Source: Octopus sinensis
Lineage: Eukaryota
NCBI RefSeq assembly: GCF_006345805.1
Contig: NC_043002.1
Coordinates: 82,212,001-82,276,000 of the forward strand
Length of the DNA: 64,000 bases
Direction: 5' to 3'
Numbering within the stretch: position 1 is the stretch's first letter; each line of letters starts with the position of its first letter. A program made the position numbers and the translations under genes. The notes under the pieces were generated by a model. It was not told the origin of the DNA. It made no database searches and worked only from the letters and a program-made list of their open reading frames with translations. Shown here one piece after another: positions 14,266 through 28,805 of the stretch.

Positions 14266-14490
14266 TTTCTCTTTTTTTCTTTTTTTTTATTAGTCATTTC
14301 ATTTTTGTATTTGTCTAATAATAATGGTTGTAGGGCAATTTAAAAGTTGTGAATAATCCAGCTATACATTTCAACGGCACCCTATAGCTAATGACTTCTT
14401 TTCTCTTTTTAAACACACAGCCATACACACACATACATACATGCATGTATTTGCACATGCACACACTCACACACACACACACACACACAC

Positions 14491-14522
<32 letters not shown>

Positions 14523-14796
14523 GACATACATACATATATGTATGTATATTAAATTGTCAACTCCTGCTTACCATTCATTCTTGTTGAGCATAAGTGTGTA
14601 TGTGCGCATATGTGTGTGTGTACATGTGTGTTTGTCTTTATAGATACATGCATGCACATATATATATATATCATTACAGTTATGTATACATGTGTGCATA
14701 TATATATATATGCATTTATATATATGTATAAAATATATATGTATATATATATATATATATGTATATATATGTATATATATATATATATATATGTAA

Positions 14797-14829
<33 letters not shown>

Positions 14830-14836
14830 TATGTAA

Positions 14837-14909
<73 letters not shown>

Positions 14910-15120
14910 TATAATAAATATGTATGTATATATATATAAATATGTATGTATATATAGCTATATATATGTACAAATGTATGTATATGCACATATGTATATA
15001 TACATGTGTATGAATGTATGCATGTGTGTTTCTGTATGTGTGTATGTGTATGCACATACACGATATGTGTATTAATAGCTGTAGCAAGTGACTTTTTGCA
15101 CACACATACACACACACATA
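12946..15120. repeat. Compound (CT)n/(AT)n/(CA)n/(ATGT)n microsatellite field
   Basis: Seen directly. Source of many spurious YIYI/HTHT ORFs. Confidence 0.95.
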
Positions 15121-17379
15121 TCTTGACGATTAATCTGCGAGACGAAAAGCAACACATTCGTAGTTTATCTCTTTCCTTCAGTGCACCATTCTCTATAAAA
15201 TATTTCGATTCATACATTGAGAGAAATGTGTTCCCTCCCTCTTTCACCATCTCTCTCTCTCTCTCTCTCTCACTCACTCACATTGTCTATTTCTTATTCA
15301 CCCCGCCCTTCTCTCTCTCTCTCGGCCAGTGTTTAATGTGTGGTCTAAAACATATACAGTTATGGCAGCAAAGAAATGGAAATGCTGTTATGTAGGATAT
15401 CTGTATTCACAGCATCTTTCCATATAAAAAGATTTGGACAGAATATAAAGAAATGATGATGATGATAATAATAATAATAATGGTAATGGTAATGGTATTG
15501 ATAGTATTGATTTCTTTCTCAGGCACAAGGCCAATTTTGCTAAAGAATATAGTCAGTATTATATATATATATATATATAATTTTTACTGTTCGACTATCA
15601 ACCTTTTCAAGGATAAAAGGCATTTGGGCCTGGAATAAATTGAACTCAAAACTGGGGAACACCAGTACTAGATGGTGTTATTATTCTATGTTTTCCTCGA
15701 CCTCCTCTGCTAGTTATCTTGCTGTTGACAAGCCAAACAATAAGGGGCTGTCTATGTGGTAGTTCGGCTTGCTAGAAATAGCAGCTGAGTTTCCTTTCAA
15801 TCCAACCTCTAAGTACCTTGGAAATGATAGTATTTATGATTACACTAGATACATGATGTCTATCTTTTGAGCCTACACGACGCATACGTGCAAGCACAGG
15901 CTGTATAGTTAAGAAGATTGCTTTGCAATCACATGGTTTTGGTTTCAGTCCCACATTGCACAGCACCTGGGGCAAGTCACTTCTATTAAACCCTTAGGCC
16001 AGTTGTGAGCGAAGTTTGTAGATGGAACCTGTGTGGAAGACTGTCAAACACACACACGCACTCACACAAGCATATGTGAAAGCACGTAGCTTAATTGTTA
16101 GGGTATTCAGCTCACAAGTGGAGGGTCATGCTGTGTCCTTGAGCAAGACACTTTATTTCACATTGCCCCCAGTCCACTCAGCCAGCAAAAATGAGCTCTA
16201 CTTGTAATTCAAAGGGCCAGCCTTATCACATTTTGTGTCATGCTGAATCTCCTTGAGAACTATATTAAGAGCATGCATGTCTATGGAGTACTCGACCACA
16301 TGCACATTAATTTCATGAGCATATCCAGTATGGCTACAGTCCAGGAATTAATCCATTAAGGAGAAAATATTTTTAAACCCTAACATTTGCTTCCCATGTG
16401 CAAAATCTTTGTCAACTGATTATAATAATCTTGAGTGGACTATATTATGTTGATAAGGTCCAATAAGTTTGAAATATGCCAATGATTCTTAATGTCTTGA
16501 AATTATCTACCCATTTCTTTCAGAGTCACTCACAATTACCATGAGGATCTTACTCTATGCAAACAACTAGGAATTAAATTTGGTGCATCAGGCCTTTTAA
16601 CTTAGCTAAATTCATGCCATTGATCTATTTGAGTTATTTCCCCTTCACTTATTAAAAATTTGTATAATTATACAAATCATACTGGCAGAAAATTTTTTTT
16701 TATCTTTTCTAAAAGCCATAACATGGTTTTGGTAGATCATGCTATGCTGGTGGCAATCAAATAAAAGAGAAACCTGTCCAGAGTTTTCTCCCTTAGCTAC
16801 AAACTTTTTTTGTTGTTGTTGTTGTGTTGTTCTCTGTGAGAAAGAAATTTCAGTCAATTAAGTTTTTATTTTTTCTTTCTTAACATAATGTCATTCAGTA
16901 CATCACCCTTTAACTTAATATAGGTATCTAAGAATCAGATTTAACCCCCTACTGCCTTAACAATTTTCTGTTACTCTATTGGTGGTGGGTGAGTGGGTGG
17001 ATGGGTAGAACAAGGATACTACTGTGGTGGCAGTGCTGGGGGGGGGGTTGTGGAGGAAGGGGGTCTTACAGCTCAGATTACTAAATTTGAAGCTTTCATT
17101 TTTATTTATTTTTGATGAGGGTTGCAATGCGTGTGATGATAGTTGCAGTGGTGGTGGCATCAGCCTCTGCGGCTGCCGTTGTTATTGTTGTTGTTGTTGT
17201 TCATTACTATGTCAGTAGGATTAGCTAGTAGTAAGTAATAGCTGATGCTGGGATGGACCCTGAAAGTTGCAGGGGTTCAGTGGTAGGGGAGTCGAAGGTG
17301 AGAGTAGCCATGTCGGATTAGATATTTCCGGTTAGGCTAAGCAAGATCTGTTTCTTGGAAAATAATAAATCCTATGTTT

Positions 17380-18170
17380 CATAGGCACAAGGCCTGCAAT
17401 TTTTTGAGGAAGGAGGCTTGTTGATATTGCATCCCGACACCCCTAGTATTCAACTGGTACTTATTTCGCCAACTCCGAAATAGACTAAAAGCATAGTTGT
17501 CCTCAGCAGAATTTGAACTCAGAAGATATACCAGTAGACATTTTGTCTGGCGTGCTAACAATTCTATGAGCTCACCATCTTAATAATGATTAGAATAATA
17601 ATAATAATAATAACTGTTTCGAATTTTGGCACAGGCTGTCTAGCATGTCAATTACATTGATCCCCGTACACAACTGGTACTTATTTTATCAACTCTGAAA
17701 GGATGAAAGCAATGACAACAACAATAATAATAATAACAATAATAATAATAATAATAATCCTTTCTTCCATAGGTACAAGGCCTGAAATTTAACGGGAGGG
17801 GGGGGCCAGTCGATTAGATCAACTCCAGTATGCAACTGGTACTTAATTTATTGACCCTGAAAGGATGAAGGGCAAAGTCGACCTCAGTGGAATTTCAACT
17901 CAGAACATAGCAACAGACAAAACACCTCTAAGCATTTCACCCCATATGCTAACCATTCTGCCAGCTTGAACAACCCTTTCTACCATGGGCTCAAGGCCTG
18001 AAATTTTTCTGGGGTTGGGGGGGGGGGGGCGCTAGTCAATTACATCGAGCCTTGTTCAACTGGTACTTATTTCATTGATTCTGAACAGAAGAAAGGCATA
18101 GTCAACCTTCATGGAATTTGAACTCTGGAACATATAAAGACAACAAAATGCCACTAAGCATTTCTGCCAG
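17380..18170 (-). mobile_element. Cluster of about 4 SINE family 2 copies
   Basis: Same units as 2380-3590, with (AAT)n spacers. Confidence 0.85.
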
Positions 18171-19244
18171 CTCCCAGTTTTTGTCTTTTTAAAAAAAAAA
18201 ATTCTTTAGTAATAATAAAAATAATAACAGTAATAATAATAATAATAATAATAACAAGAGGAGTTAGCATGTAGAATTGGTTGGTGGTGGAGGAGTGTAG
18301 AGCAGGCAGCCTTGATCTTGTTTTGACATCTTTAGAAACTATAAAACTTAATGCTGCTGCCATTGTGGTGGTGGAGGTGTTGGTGGGGGTGGGGTGCAGG
18401 AGAGGACAGAAGGAGGGATTTGGGGTTTCTGGGGACATTTATTCAAGCATAGGGAACATAAATGTACCTTGCATCAAGGTGGTAACAGCTGTGGCAGGGG
18501 TGGGTGGGTTTGTGTCAGTAGCCGTATTGGGGGTGGTGGTGGTGATAATCTGTCACTGTATCATGTTTTATACTCTATTGACCCCTACCTTGGACAAGGA
18601 CTACTCTGATAGATTCTCCTCAGTATTCCCTCACCCCCTCTTTTTCTCTCTTTCATACACACACACACAGTTCCCTTTATCACTTCCTCCCTTAACACAC
18701 TGCTCTTTATAGTCTTTCTCTCTCTCTCTCTCTCACTCTCTCTCTCTCATTTCCAGAAGTAATCCCTAGGCATTTATTGCCACCAGCATTGCTGTCCCTT
18801 TCAGTGCATCATCCCTCTTGTTATTCATCTGTATATGTCATTATATTTAAGTGTTGTTTGGTTATTTCAAGAAAAAGAAGTAAAAAAAAAAGCAGTAAAA
18901 AAAGAATAAAAAATATATTCCTTCTAAATTGTTTTGCAAGAGTCATTATAACCCTGTCTCTTAGTCATTATAAACAGATAGGAGTAGCAGTCAAACGCCA
19001 TTAAAAACAAACAAAAAATGGAAAACAAAGCAAAACTCTTTTATATACAAGAAGCACAAGGGAGCCTGCTAGAAATAGCAGTCAAATATTTTCTCAAATC
19101 ATACTCTACTACTTGCATATTGAAGATTCACTGATAATGTGACCAATGTGGCCCTATTAAAAATTTATCCCTTTTGGTACCAGCCCACCTGTGATCACCC
19201 CTGGTTCTGTGAAACAGTCTTCCATTTTTTAAAGGTGATCTAAA

Positions 19245-20207
19245 ATGCAACTTCATGATTCCACGCTCATAGAACGTCCGGTCCTTATTAGCCAAAATCT
19301 GAAGCAACTGCAACTTCAGGTCATCATCTTTATTGAAAGTTTTACCATTCAAAGAATTTTGCAACCTTTGAAATAAATGGTAATCTGATGGTGCAAGGCT
19401 AGGGCTATATGGTGGATATGACATCACTTCCCAACCAAACTCCAATAATTTTTCATGAGGTTGCAAAGATATGTGTGGTCTAGCGTTGTCACGGTGGAAC
19501 ATGATTCCTTTACGATTTGCCAATTCTGGCCGTTTTTCTTTGATAGCTTCCTCCAGTTTCATTAGTTGTTGACAGTAAACATCTGATTTGACCATTTTGT
19601 ACCTTGGAAGCAGCTCAAAATACACAACTCCTTTGTAATCCCACCAAATTGACAGCATGACCTTTTTTTTTTATGCAATTCAGTTTTCGATGTGGTTTGT
19701 GCTGGTTCGTTATGCTTGGACCATGATTGTTTTCAATTGATGTTTTTGTAGACAATCCATTTTTCGTCACCAGTGATGATTCATTTAAAAAAACATTGAT
19801 TTCATTGCACAGTTATATGACAATCAGCTTCAGTTATGGCTTTGATTTGGTCATCATCAACTTAAGTGGGTAGACCAGAATGTTGGTCATCTTCAAGTGT
19901 GTTCTGTTAAGCAATCAACACCATAAACTTCACATATCTTTTTGTGAGCCTCAGCAGATTTTTTGCCTTTATGGGAATAAAAAGCAAAATCTGGTGAAAA
20001 TGTTTGTTTTTACACTCCATGTTAAAATTGACACTGAATTAACAGCTGTAAACAAAATTACGTGCAATTTGCTTCTAAAGTAAGCTAAAGGTAATGGCTA
20101 TCAAATGTCAAAAGGAAAAACATCATAACATTGACAAAAGTCATTAAAAAAAAATCATAACTCTATCTATTTACTAAAAACGAAATTACTTTCTTGCCAA
20201 CCCAATA
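19245..20207 (-). mobile_element. Decayed mariner transposon (Hsmar1/cecropia-like), internally deleted and 3'-truncated
   Basis: Minus-strand ORF 19128-19658 has the mariner motifs SIWWD, RKGIMFHRDNARPH and YPPYSPSLAPSDYHLF. Upstream, IITGDEKWIVY near 19780-19750 is followed by a stop. Terminal TA plus TTGGGTTGGCAAGAAAGTAATTTCG at about 20207-20181 resembles the Hsmar1 TIR. Confidence 0.93.
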
Positions 20208-21387
20208 CAAACCTCAAAAAGACGGAATGGGTCGTGACTTGAATATTCTGTTGGTCAAAGGCCTGCTTCATCAAGGCTAGCCTGGGATTAAACAGCGATG
20301 ACAAGAAACACATTTTTCAAAAGTAAAACCTGACAGGAAAGTCTATTTATAAGCTTTAACACAGATCTCTGCAAAGTCATTTAATTATCTGCCTGTCTTA
20401 CTTTTCTACCATTGCTAGAGCCAGAATAAGATTCTGTAAGCTGCCTGGGTTAAAAGTACTGTGAGGTTCAAGGTAATATTTTCACTAACTTGCCATTTAA
20501 TCCTGCTTATGCCCTCCAGCTGGAATTAACAGGAATCAATTGGCTGATCTGTCCTTGAAGACTTTCAAACCAAGGTCTTCTGATAACTTTCAGAAACTTT
20601 AATCTGGCAGTGGAACGAGGTATGTGCATAGCCAGTTTGAGATCTTGGGCCAGTCCAAGATGCAGGCAGAGTAACAAAACTTTTCTGCATGTGCTAGTTC
20701 AGTGTCCAAGCATTGCTGACTAGTGGGTTATGTCAAACAGCTGTTGTCTCTTGTAGGAGAGATGCAACTGTTGGCTCAAGCCTCTAGCATTTAAACCAAC
20801 CATATCTGATCCAAATATTTTATCTATTTTATGTTCAAATTGGCCAGAGCCAGTCTCTCACACCCACCCTACAATGTCATTCAAAAAATACATAATGACA
20901 TCATTGAAATCTCAAAGCTACAAGATAATGTAGAATTAATTCAAAACAGTGTGAATAAATAAGCATTACATGTGACTGAGTAATCTGAATGCTAAAAGGT
21001 TAATCTTTCACAAAGATCACTCTGTCACCGTTCTTTGACTAAGGAAGATTAGGCTTCTCTTTTTTTTTTCTTTTTCTTTTGGTGGCTACCGCAAAAAGGT
21101 TACATGGTGGTCACAATTGAAAGGACTGACGACAAATACTTTTCTCTTTGTCAAGTTCTAGTTGCAGACGAAAGGGAGAGAAGAGAAAGAGATGAGGATT
21201 GAGAGGGAAGAGGGCAGGGCAGGCAAGCAACCAGCCTTGGTCTTGTTTTGACATGTGCAGCTTTTCAGTGAGTTTCTTGGAAAGTGGGTAAATGCGATGA
21301 GCATGGTCCTAGCGAATGGGCTTCATTCTCAGCACGCCAGCATCTGTCTGTTGGCTGGGGAAAACATCTTCTAGGAGAGCCTGCTTA

Positions 21388-21944
21388 GGCACAGGCATGC
21401 TGTGTGGTAAGAAGCTTGCTTTCTAACCACATTGTTCCAAGGTTCAATCCCACTGGGCCAGACCAAAGCCCTATAAGTGGATTTGGCAGACAAAAACTGA
21501 AAGAAGCCTGTCATGTGTATGTTTGTGTGGTAAGGAATGGCTGTGTGGTAAGTAGCTTGCTAACCAACCACATGGTTCCGGGTTCAGTCCCACTGCGTGG
21601 CATCTTGGGCAAGTGTCTTCTGCTATAGCCTCGGGCCGACCAAAGCCTTGTGAGTGGATTTGGTAGACGGAAACTGAAAGAAGCCTGTTGTATATATGTA
21701 TATATATATATGTGTGTGTGTATATGTTTGTGTGTCTGTGTTTGTCTCTCTAGCATTGCTTGACAACCGATGCTGGTGTGTTTACGTCCCCGTCACCTAG
21801 CGGTTCGGCAAAAGAGAACGATAGAATAAGTACTGGGCTTACAAAGAATAAGTCCCGGGGTCGATTTGCTCGACTAAAGGCGGTGCTCCAGCATGGCCGC
21901 AGTCAAATGACTGAAACAAGTAAAAGAAAACGAAAAGATATATA

Positions 21945-21994
<50 letters not shown>

Positions 21995-22311
21995 CATACA
22001 CATATACAATACACACACATATATACATATATTTCTGCATATATACATATGTATTATGTATATATATATAATATAACGTTATATTTGCATGTCAGTATGC
22101 CTGTGTTTGTCCCCTACTATTGCTTGACAACCAACGTTGGTGTGTTTACATCCCTGTGACTTAGCAGTTCGACAAAAGAGACCGATAGAATAAGTACCAG
22201 GCTTACAAAAGAAAAAGTCGTGGGGTTGATTTCTTCTGTTGCTGTTGGCCAAACCCTTTAAGGTGGTGTTCCAGCGTGGCCACAGTCAAATGACTGAAAC
22301 AAGTAAGAGAA
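21388..22311 (+). mobile_element. Nested SINE family 1 pair: young copy 21532-21930 inside an older copy
   Basis: Old 5' half 21388-21515, then a complete young copy, then the old 3' half 22100-22311. Confidence 0.85.
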
Positions 22312-24699
22312 TAACTTTTGATAGTCAGAGTAATCTTGCATCTCTAGGGTTCCTCAGTTGTCTCTGGCTAGTGGTTGGTCCTCATTTTGAGGAGACCTTA
22401 CCATATGTTGTTTACTGTGTATTTCATTGCATTTCAATATACCACCTCTCTTCACAGTACATATTTTGTAAATTGTCTCTGCAATGTTCTTTATCTGTTG
22501 CCCTTGTGGCAATAATAAAGAATTTTATTAGTGGTATTATATAAAATGTATTATTATTCGTATTATATAAAGGAAGCCATTATTATTTTTATCTATTTGT
22601 TTATTCTATTTATTGGCATCTGTATGCGTATTCCATTGCATTCTGGCACATGTTATATTTTCCTTTTCCCCAGTTTGTCTATGATGGTTCTTGCTGTGTT
22701 GTTGGTTCCATCATATACCATTCTCTGTATATAAGAAGAAGAACAACAGCAACAACAACAATAATAATAATAATAATAATAATTCTCTCTGATTCTCAAT
22801 GTTTTATTTTAACATGAAGCATTTCTCTCTGCCCTAAATATTTACACTAATATAACATGAAAAAAAATTAGAAAGAAAGGAAAAATTATTGAATATTCCT
22901 GGAAATATTGGCACTTTTGCACGAACATAAATATTTGTCCTTGTTTTTGTTCAATTATTATTATTATTGTTATTGTTATTATTCTTATTCTTATTGTTAT
23001 TTTATTTATTTATTTATAGCAGTTCTATTTTTTCTTTCTTCATCTATATCTATCTACCAACTGATGTATTGAACTTCTCTTCTGGCAAATATATTCAGTT
23101 TTTGGTTTGTGGTACACCCTCCATCTACTTTGGTGTATACAATTAACTGGAAATGCTGTAACTGCTTCTGTTGCTGTTGGCCAAGTTACCATAGCAACTA
23201 ATGGGTGTTGAAGGAACAATTGCCTTGCTTTTGTTCATTTATCTGTATGCATACATATATATATATATATATAGTTAAATCATAAAGGATATGGTTCTGT
23301 TTAGAATAGTCATTTCCTGTTGCCACATACACACACTGTATTCATTTATTTATTTTTATAGATTTCATTTGGAGAAGAAGAAAAAAACTATTTTTCGTTT
23401 TTTAAATATTTTTGTCAGACTTTGCTGGAAGGAAGTCTTTGGTTCTTCCAAAGTCAGCATGATATCTCATATCACCTTAAAGAACGAACAGTTCTATGCC
23501 TATTTTTTTTATCAGTGCTACGACCTATAATATAAGCTAATTCAAAATAAACATTCAACAAGGAGTTATCAGTCGATGACTAATAACTAATACTGTTTCC
23601 CTTTTGGGTGGAAGGTATCTGTGGGAGACAACTTGAGATCTGTTTCAGGTTTACTCTGATCTCATCAGCAAAGCTTATCCTCAGGTCTTCCATAGCAGAC
23701 ACCAATGTAGAGACAGTTTTATTGCAGATATCCAAATTAAATGAGCATTGATACATACGAAATAAGTCTTCTGATCAACAAAGAGATTTTCACTCAGTAA
23801 CTGTTCACAGCCATTTGTCATTCTGAATGGTCCTGGACAACGCAGTTGTGTAAGCATTTGAAATATTGTGGTAGATTGGGAATGCTCTCTCTCTCTCTTT
23901 CTTTTTTTTTAGTGCATTATTGCCAGAAGTAGCAGATGTAGTGTCCAACATCAGGTCTGCTCTGGTTGAGTATACCTATGATCAAAAGGTGTTTAAACTG
24001 TGTCTATCCTTATTACAGCAAACAGTGTAATCCTGCATAATATTATCCAATGTGTTCTTTTTCTTCTTTTAAGGCCATAGACTCTGATTTTTAGGAAGAT
24101 TTGGCTGCTATGTCTAGCAAGTTTAGTGACTCTATAGAGGTACCGTTGTTGGCTCTTGATCAATAGCCGAAGATGTGTAAAATAAGTCTATAGTTCTTGT
24201 TGTATTGGACAAGATGCACATGCTTATTTTCTCTTAAATTATCTCATCTCTTTTTGGTCACTGATTCTCTCTCAATAAAAATACAAATATTCCATCACAC
24301 ACTCACACACACACACATGTATACATATTGAATATTTAATTTATATTGTGTGTGTGTGATGAGTTTAGATGAGTGTGTGTATGTGTGTTTTGTTTTTGTT
24401 TGTTTATTTATTTATTCCATTGATTCAATTTCCCCTTATATCTGCTGTTGACCTTCATCGAACATTTAGCTCTCATTTGTTCTTGGAGCCATTTTCTAAT
24501 AAAAGACAAATATTAAACGGCAAACTATGCAATAGTATCGTAGCAACTGGAAATGAAGTGGCAACTTTGTGCCCCTGTAGCTAGCACCTGCGATATTCTA
24601 TTCATTGAAAATAGGTTTTTCCAACTTGTAGAAGCAAGGTGGCAGGGTGGAGGGGTATAGTGGAGGCGGAGGAAGGGGAATTCCATTGATTTATTCGTT

Positions 24700-24847
24700 T
24701 TACACACACACACACACACACACACAACAGAACCAAACTACAGTGCCTTTTCTCTTTCCTTCTATGTATCTATCTATCTATCTATATGTGTGTGCCTGTA
24801 TAGATATGTATATTGTATATGTGTATTTATTTATTTATATAAATATA

Positions 24848-24901
<54 letters not shown>

Positions 24902-25165
24902 CATACGTATATATATATATATATACACACACACACGTGTGTATGCATGTATATATATACATACATATATATACACACACACACACACGTGTGTATGCAT
25001 GTATATATATACATACATATATATATATTATATATATATATATATACACACACACACATGTGCATGCACTCACATTTCTACGCATGCACTTGCATCCTCT
25101 TGTCCGGCACTTCCCCTCTCACTGTTTGCATTCTGCTCCTCTCTCTCTCTCTCTCTCTCTCCTTC
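24700..25165. repeat. Compound (CA)n/(AT)n/(CT)n microsatellite
   Basis: Seen directly. Confidence 0.95.
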
Positions 25166-26899
25166 TCTTAATCCATACAATCATCACCACTTCCTCCTTT
25201 CTCAGGCTCCTCAATAATCTTTTATAAAATCTCAACTTTGCTTTCTTTTCTTTCCGTGTCTTTTTTTTTTTTTAACCCCCGTGGAAATAAATTAATCCAC
25301 TAAAGCAACAAAAGTGGCGGAGGAGTTGGGGCAGGAATGAACACACAGAGAGAGGGAGATGTTTGGATTTTGGTTAATTAACTGAGCCCCCCTCCCCTTT
25401 CTAATCACCATCGCTTCTTCCCTCTTCTCGTTGTATGCTGCATGGCCAAGCATCATTTTCTGCCCAGCCCTTTATCAATCATCATCATCATCATCACAAC
25501 ATCGAGATAAACCGGTTTCTCTCCTCTGCTGCCGGTTCCTTTTAGACCTCTTTCCATAATCCTCCACCAGCGCCAATATATCGGTACACCTCTGTGCCAT
25601 CTTGAAATTAATGTGGTGGTGGTGGTGGAGACAGAGAGAGAGAGAGAGAGAGAGAGTATGAAAGGGAAGAAAGTGTAAAGGCCAAAACTAATCCAAAATG
25701 AAATCATATTTTTTCTTTCCTTTTCCCTTGCCATCAATAACAAAATATTGATTTTAATTTTTTCATATTTTCCTTCAATTTTTTTCTATTTTTATATATT
25801 ATTATTATTATTATATATATATATTATATATATTATTATTATTATTATTTTTGCTTAAAAGTCAATTTATAGATAAATTAGATTTCTCTTTTATTTTCCT
25901 TATTGACTTTTTTTTTTTTTAAACTTGTGGTTATTTATTTATTTATTTTTAATGTTTTCATTTTTAACCATTTTCATCTTCAGTCCAGATTTTTAGCACA
26001 AATTACTTCTTATAACTGGCTGTCTCATTATTAACAAACTGTTTGCTCTATCAGTGACAAAACTATACTCATATAAACTTTTTCTCTTCCTTCCCCCCTT
26101 TCTCTCTCTCTCTCTCTCTTACTCATACACACACACACAGAAAATATGTATTCGTAGGTGGGGCAAAAATAATACATAATTTGTGTGCGTATATATGTAT
26201 GTATACACACACACACACATTTTTTTTCTTCCAAATTACCCACACATTTACATGCCTAAAATGATGATGGTGTGGCAGATGGGGGTAAGAATGTTTTCTC
26301 ATTTTCTTTCATGGTCTTCTTATACTATTCATTCTCTTTTTTTTTTTTTTCCTATTTCTAACCCCCCCCCTCGTCCCTCTTAACTCAACTTCAAGGTCTC
26401 TCTCTCTCTCTAATTCTTACACATTTTATACTTCCACCCACCCTTGAAGTTAACCTGGTTCCTCCATTTCCTTTCTCTCTGCCTCTCAGTCTCTCTTTCT
26501 CTCTCAGTCTCTCTCTCTCCCTCTCTCAGTCCCTCTGTCTTTCTCTCTCTCTCTCTCTCTCGCTCTCTCTCTCTCTCTCATCCACACACACACACACCTC
26601 CTCGCTGCTGTATAATGTAATGGAGTGAACTTTCTCTTTCACTCCATTATTTCCATAACAGCACCATAAAGCTTTCCCTAATTACTCTTCCAAAGGAATT
26701 GTAGAGAGAATTTATATCTTCACACTGCACTTCATATTCTTCAGCCCCATGTGGCTGTGTACTCTCACACACAAACACACACACACCACACACACACTGC
26801 TGTTGTCGTTTTTTTTTCTTTTTTCTCCTCTCTATACAATATCATAGATGCACTAGCAAATCTTCCTCTCTCAAGCAACTTCTACATTCATTTATTTAA

Positions 26900-28439
26900 T
26901 AAATACAATATTGCGTATGCAAATGTGCACGCATGTGCCGCGCGTGTGTGTGTGTGTGGTCATGCTCTTTTTTCTTTTTGTATGATTTTGTACATGCATA
27001 CATACACTTTGTGTGTGGTAATGTGTGATATCGACGCACGTGCTTGTATATCTGTATGTGCATGTATATGTATATGTGTGTGTGTTTGTGTGTATGCGTT
27101 TGCGTGCTTGTGTGATTTTGTGCTTGTATATATCTCTGTGTGTATATATGTATATAAATGTGTCGGTGTGTCTATATATATGTCTGTGTGCTTGTGTGAT
27201 TTTGTTCTTGTATATTTCTGTATGTATATATATATATATATATGCATCTTGTGTGTTTATAGACATGCATGTGCATGTGCTCTCATGCATAATACATGTA
27301 TGTTTGTGTGGAACAGTCTTTGGTATTTGCACAAGTGCGTGACTGGATATATATGTGTGTGTGTTTGTGTGTCTGTGGATATGTGTATCTGTGTCTATAT
27401 GCATATATGGATGTGTAAGCATGTGTGTGTGTGTGTGTGTGTGTGGATAAAGACATGCATGCACTCTCATACATATACATGTATGTTTGTCTGTAATAGT
27501 GTTGTTATCTGCACAAATATGTGTATACCTGTATGTATAAATATACACTTGCAAGCGCATGCATGCACACATATATACATATATAGTGTATATTAGGCAT
27601 ACATGCATATATATATATATTCATGTATTCAAAGTACTTTGATATTCACACTCGTCTTTTGTGTGTGTGTGTGCATATATATATACACACGCACACATGC
27701 AGTCATACATATGTGTATGCGCATGTACATTCATGTGTGCGTATTTGTGTATAGGGAGTGTTTCACTCATGAGGCACGTGTAGGAGAGTATTAATGTGTT
27801 GATACTGGCACACTAGCTCAGATATCTGCTTGTGGGAGGGAGGGAGGAGGGGGGGATGTGTTTATGCATGTGAGTGTGCGCATGTATGCAGTTATGCTGT
27901 GTGTGTATGCTGAATATATGGGTGTGCGCATGCATTCATGCGCATGCAATCTCGCTTACACAAGTATATTTATGAGTGTGCATGCATGTGTGTACGCACA
28001 TGCGTGTGTGTGTGTGTGCTTGCCTGCATGCAAGTTTACACACACTCGTAAACATATTTGTGGTTGTTGTTGTAGATGCAAATAAATGTATGCAAGTGTG
28101 TATGCATATTGTACATACACATGCACACAGCATATACATACATACATATGCATAGACTTATACATATGTCTAAATGTGTCTGTGTGGGTATGCGGTTGAT
28201 AGTGACATAGATATGTGTATGCATGATATAGATATGCATTCTTATATATATATGTGTGTGTGTATATATGTATATATATATGTGTGTGTGTGTGTGTGTA
28301 TATATTTGTGTATCTAAGTGTGGGTATGTTTTAATAGAGACACACACTTGCATGTGCATGTATGTGTTGCTGTGACAGACACGTAGCTGTGTATATATAT
28401 ACATATATATACATATATATATATGTATATATATGTATG

Positions 28440-28510
<71 letters not shown>

Positions 28511-28545
28511 CAGGAGCATGTGAGTGTATGTGTGCAGATGACTTA
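26900..28545. repeat. Long alternating purine-pyrimidine (TG/TA/CA) low-complexity field
   Basis: Seen directly. Confidence 0.95.
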
Positions 28546-28589
28546 CATACAAGTTCATAGCTTGTAGGTGGAAAGCGTCAGATGTTTTG

Positions 28590-28805
28590 TTGCTGAAAGT
28601 TCCTTTATTGGCTGCTGAGTAAGCTGTGGCCATTCAGCTTCAAAGTTGCTTTAGTAATCAACTTCAAAGAACATTTAATAAGAAAGCATCAGAAGACATT
28701 CACACTCGTTGGTCAACATTAAAGACATCCAATTGCTACCAAGCTTCTAATCGACACACATCGAACTCACTGCTACTTTTTACGCAATGCTATTGGCTGG
28801 TTCCT
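28590..28805. promoter_or_regulatory. Candidate intronic promoter or enhancer with TCF sites and CCAAT boxes
   Basis: GCTTCAAAG (28637) and ACTTCAAAG (28661) match CTTTGAA on the minus strand. Variant ACATTAAAG at 28716. TATTGGCTG (reverse CAGCCAAT) near 28606 and 28791. Unique-sequence island between low-complexity tracts. Confidence 0.35.

Noticed and set aside
19128-19245. Apparent novel C-terminal extension of the mariner transposase ORF
   Set aside because: The extension reads into a piggyBac-type MITE end fragment, so it is a chance read-through of a truncated element.
25546-25583. TSFHNPPPAPIYR peptide reminiscent of the TCF proline-rich region
   Set aside because: Weak donor (gtacac) and no real match to the conserved PPPAHMGI or GIPHPAI motifs.
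12800-28633. Many long ORFs rich in YI, HT, CV or SL repeats (e.g. 14549-15277, 26751-27596)
   Set aside because: They are translations of dinucleotide microsatellites that lack stop codons, with no protein-like content.
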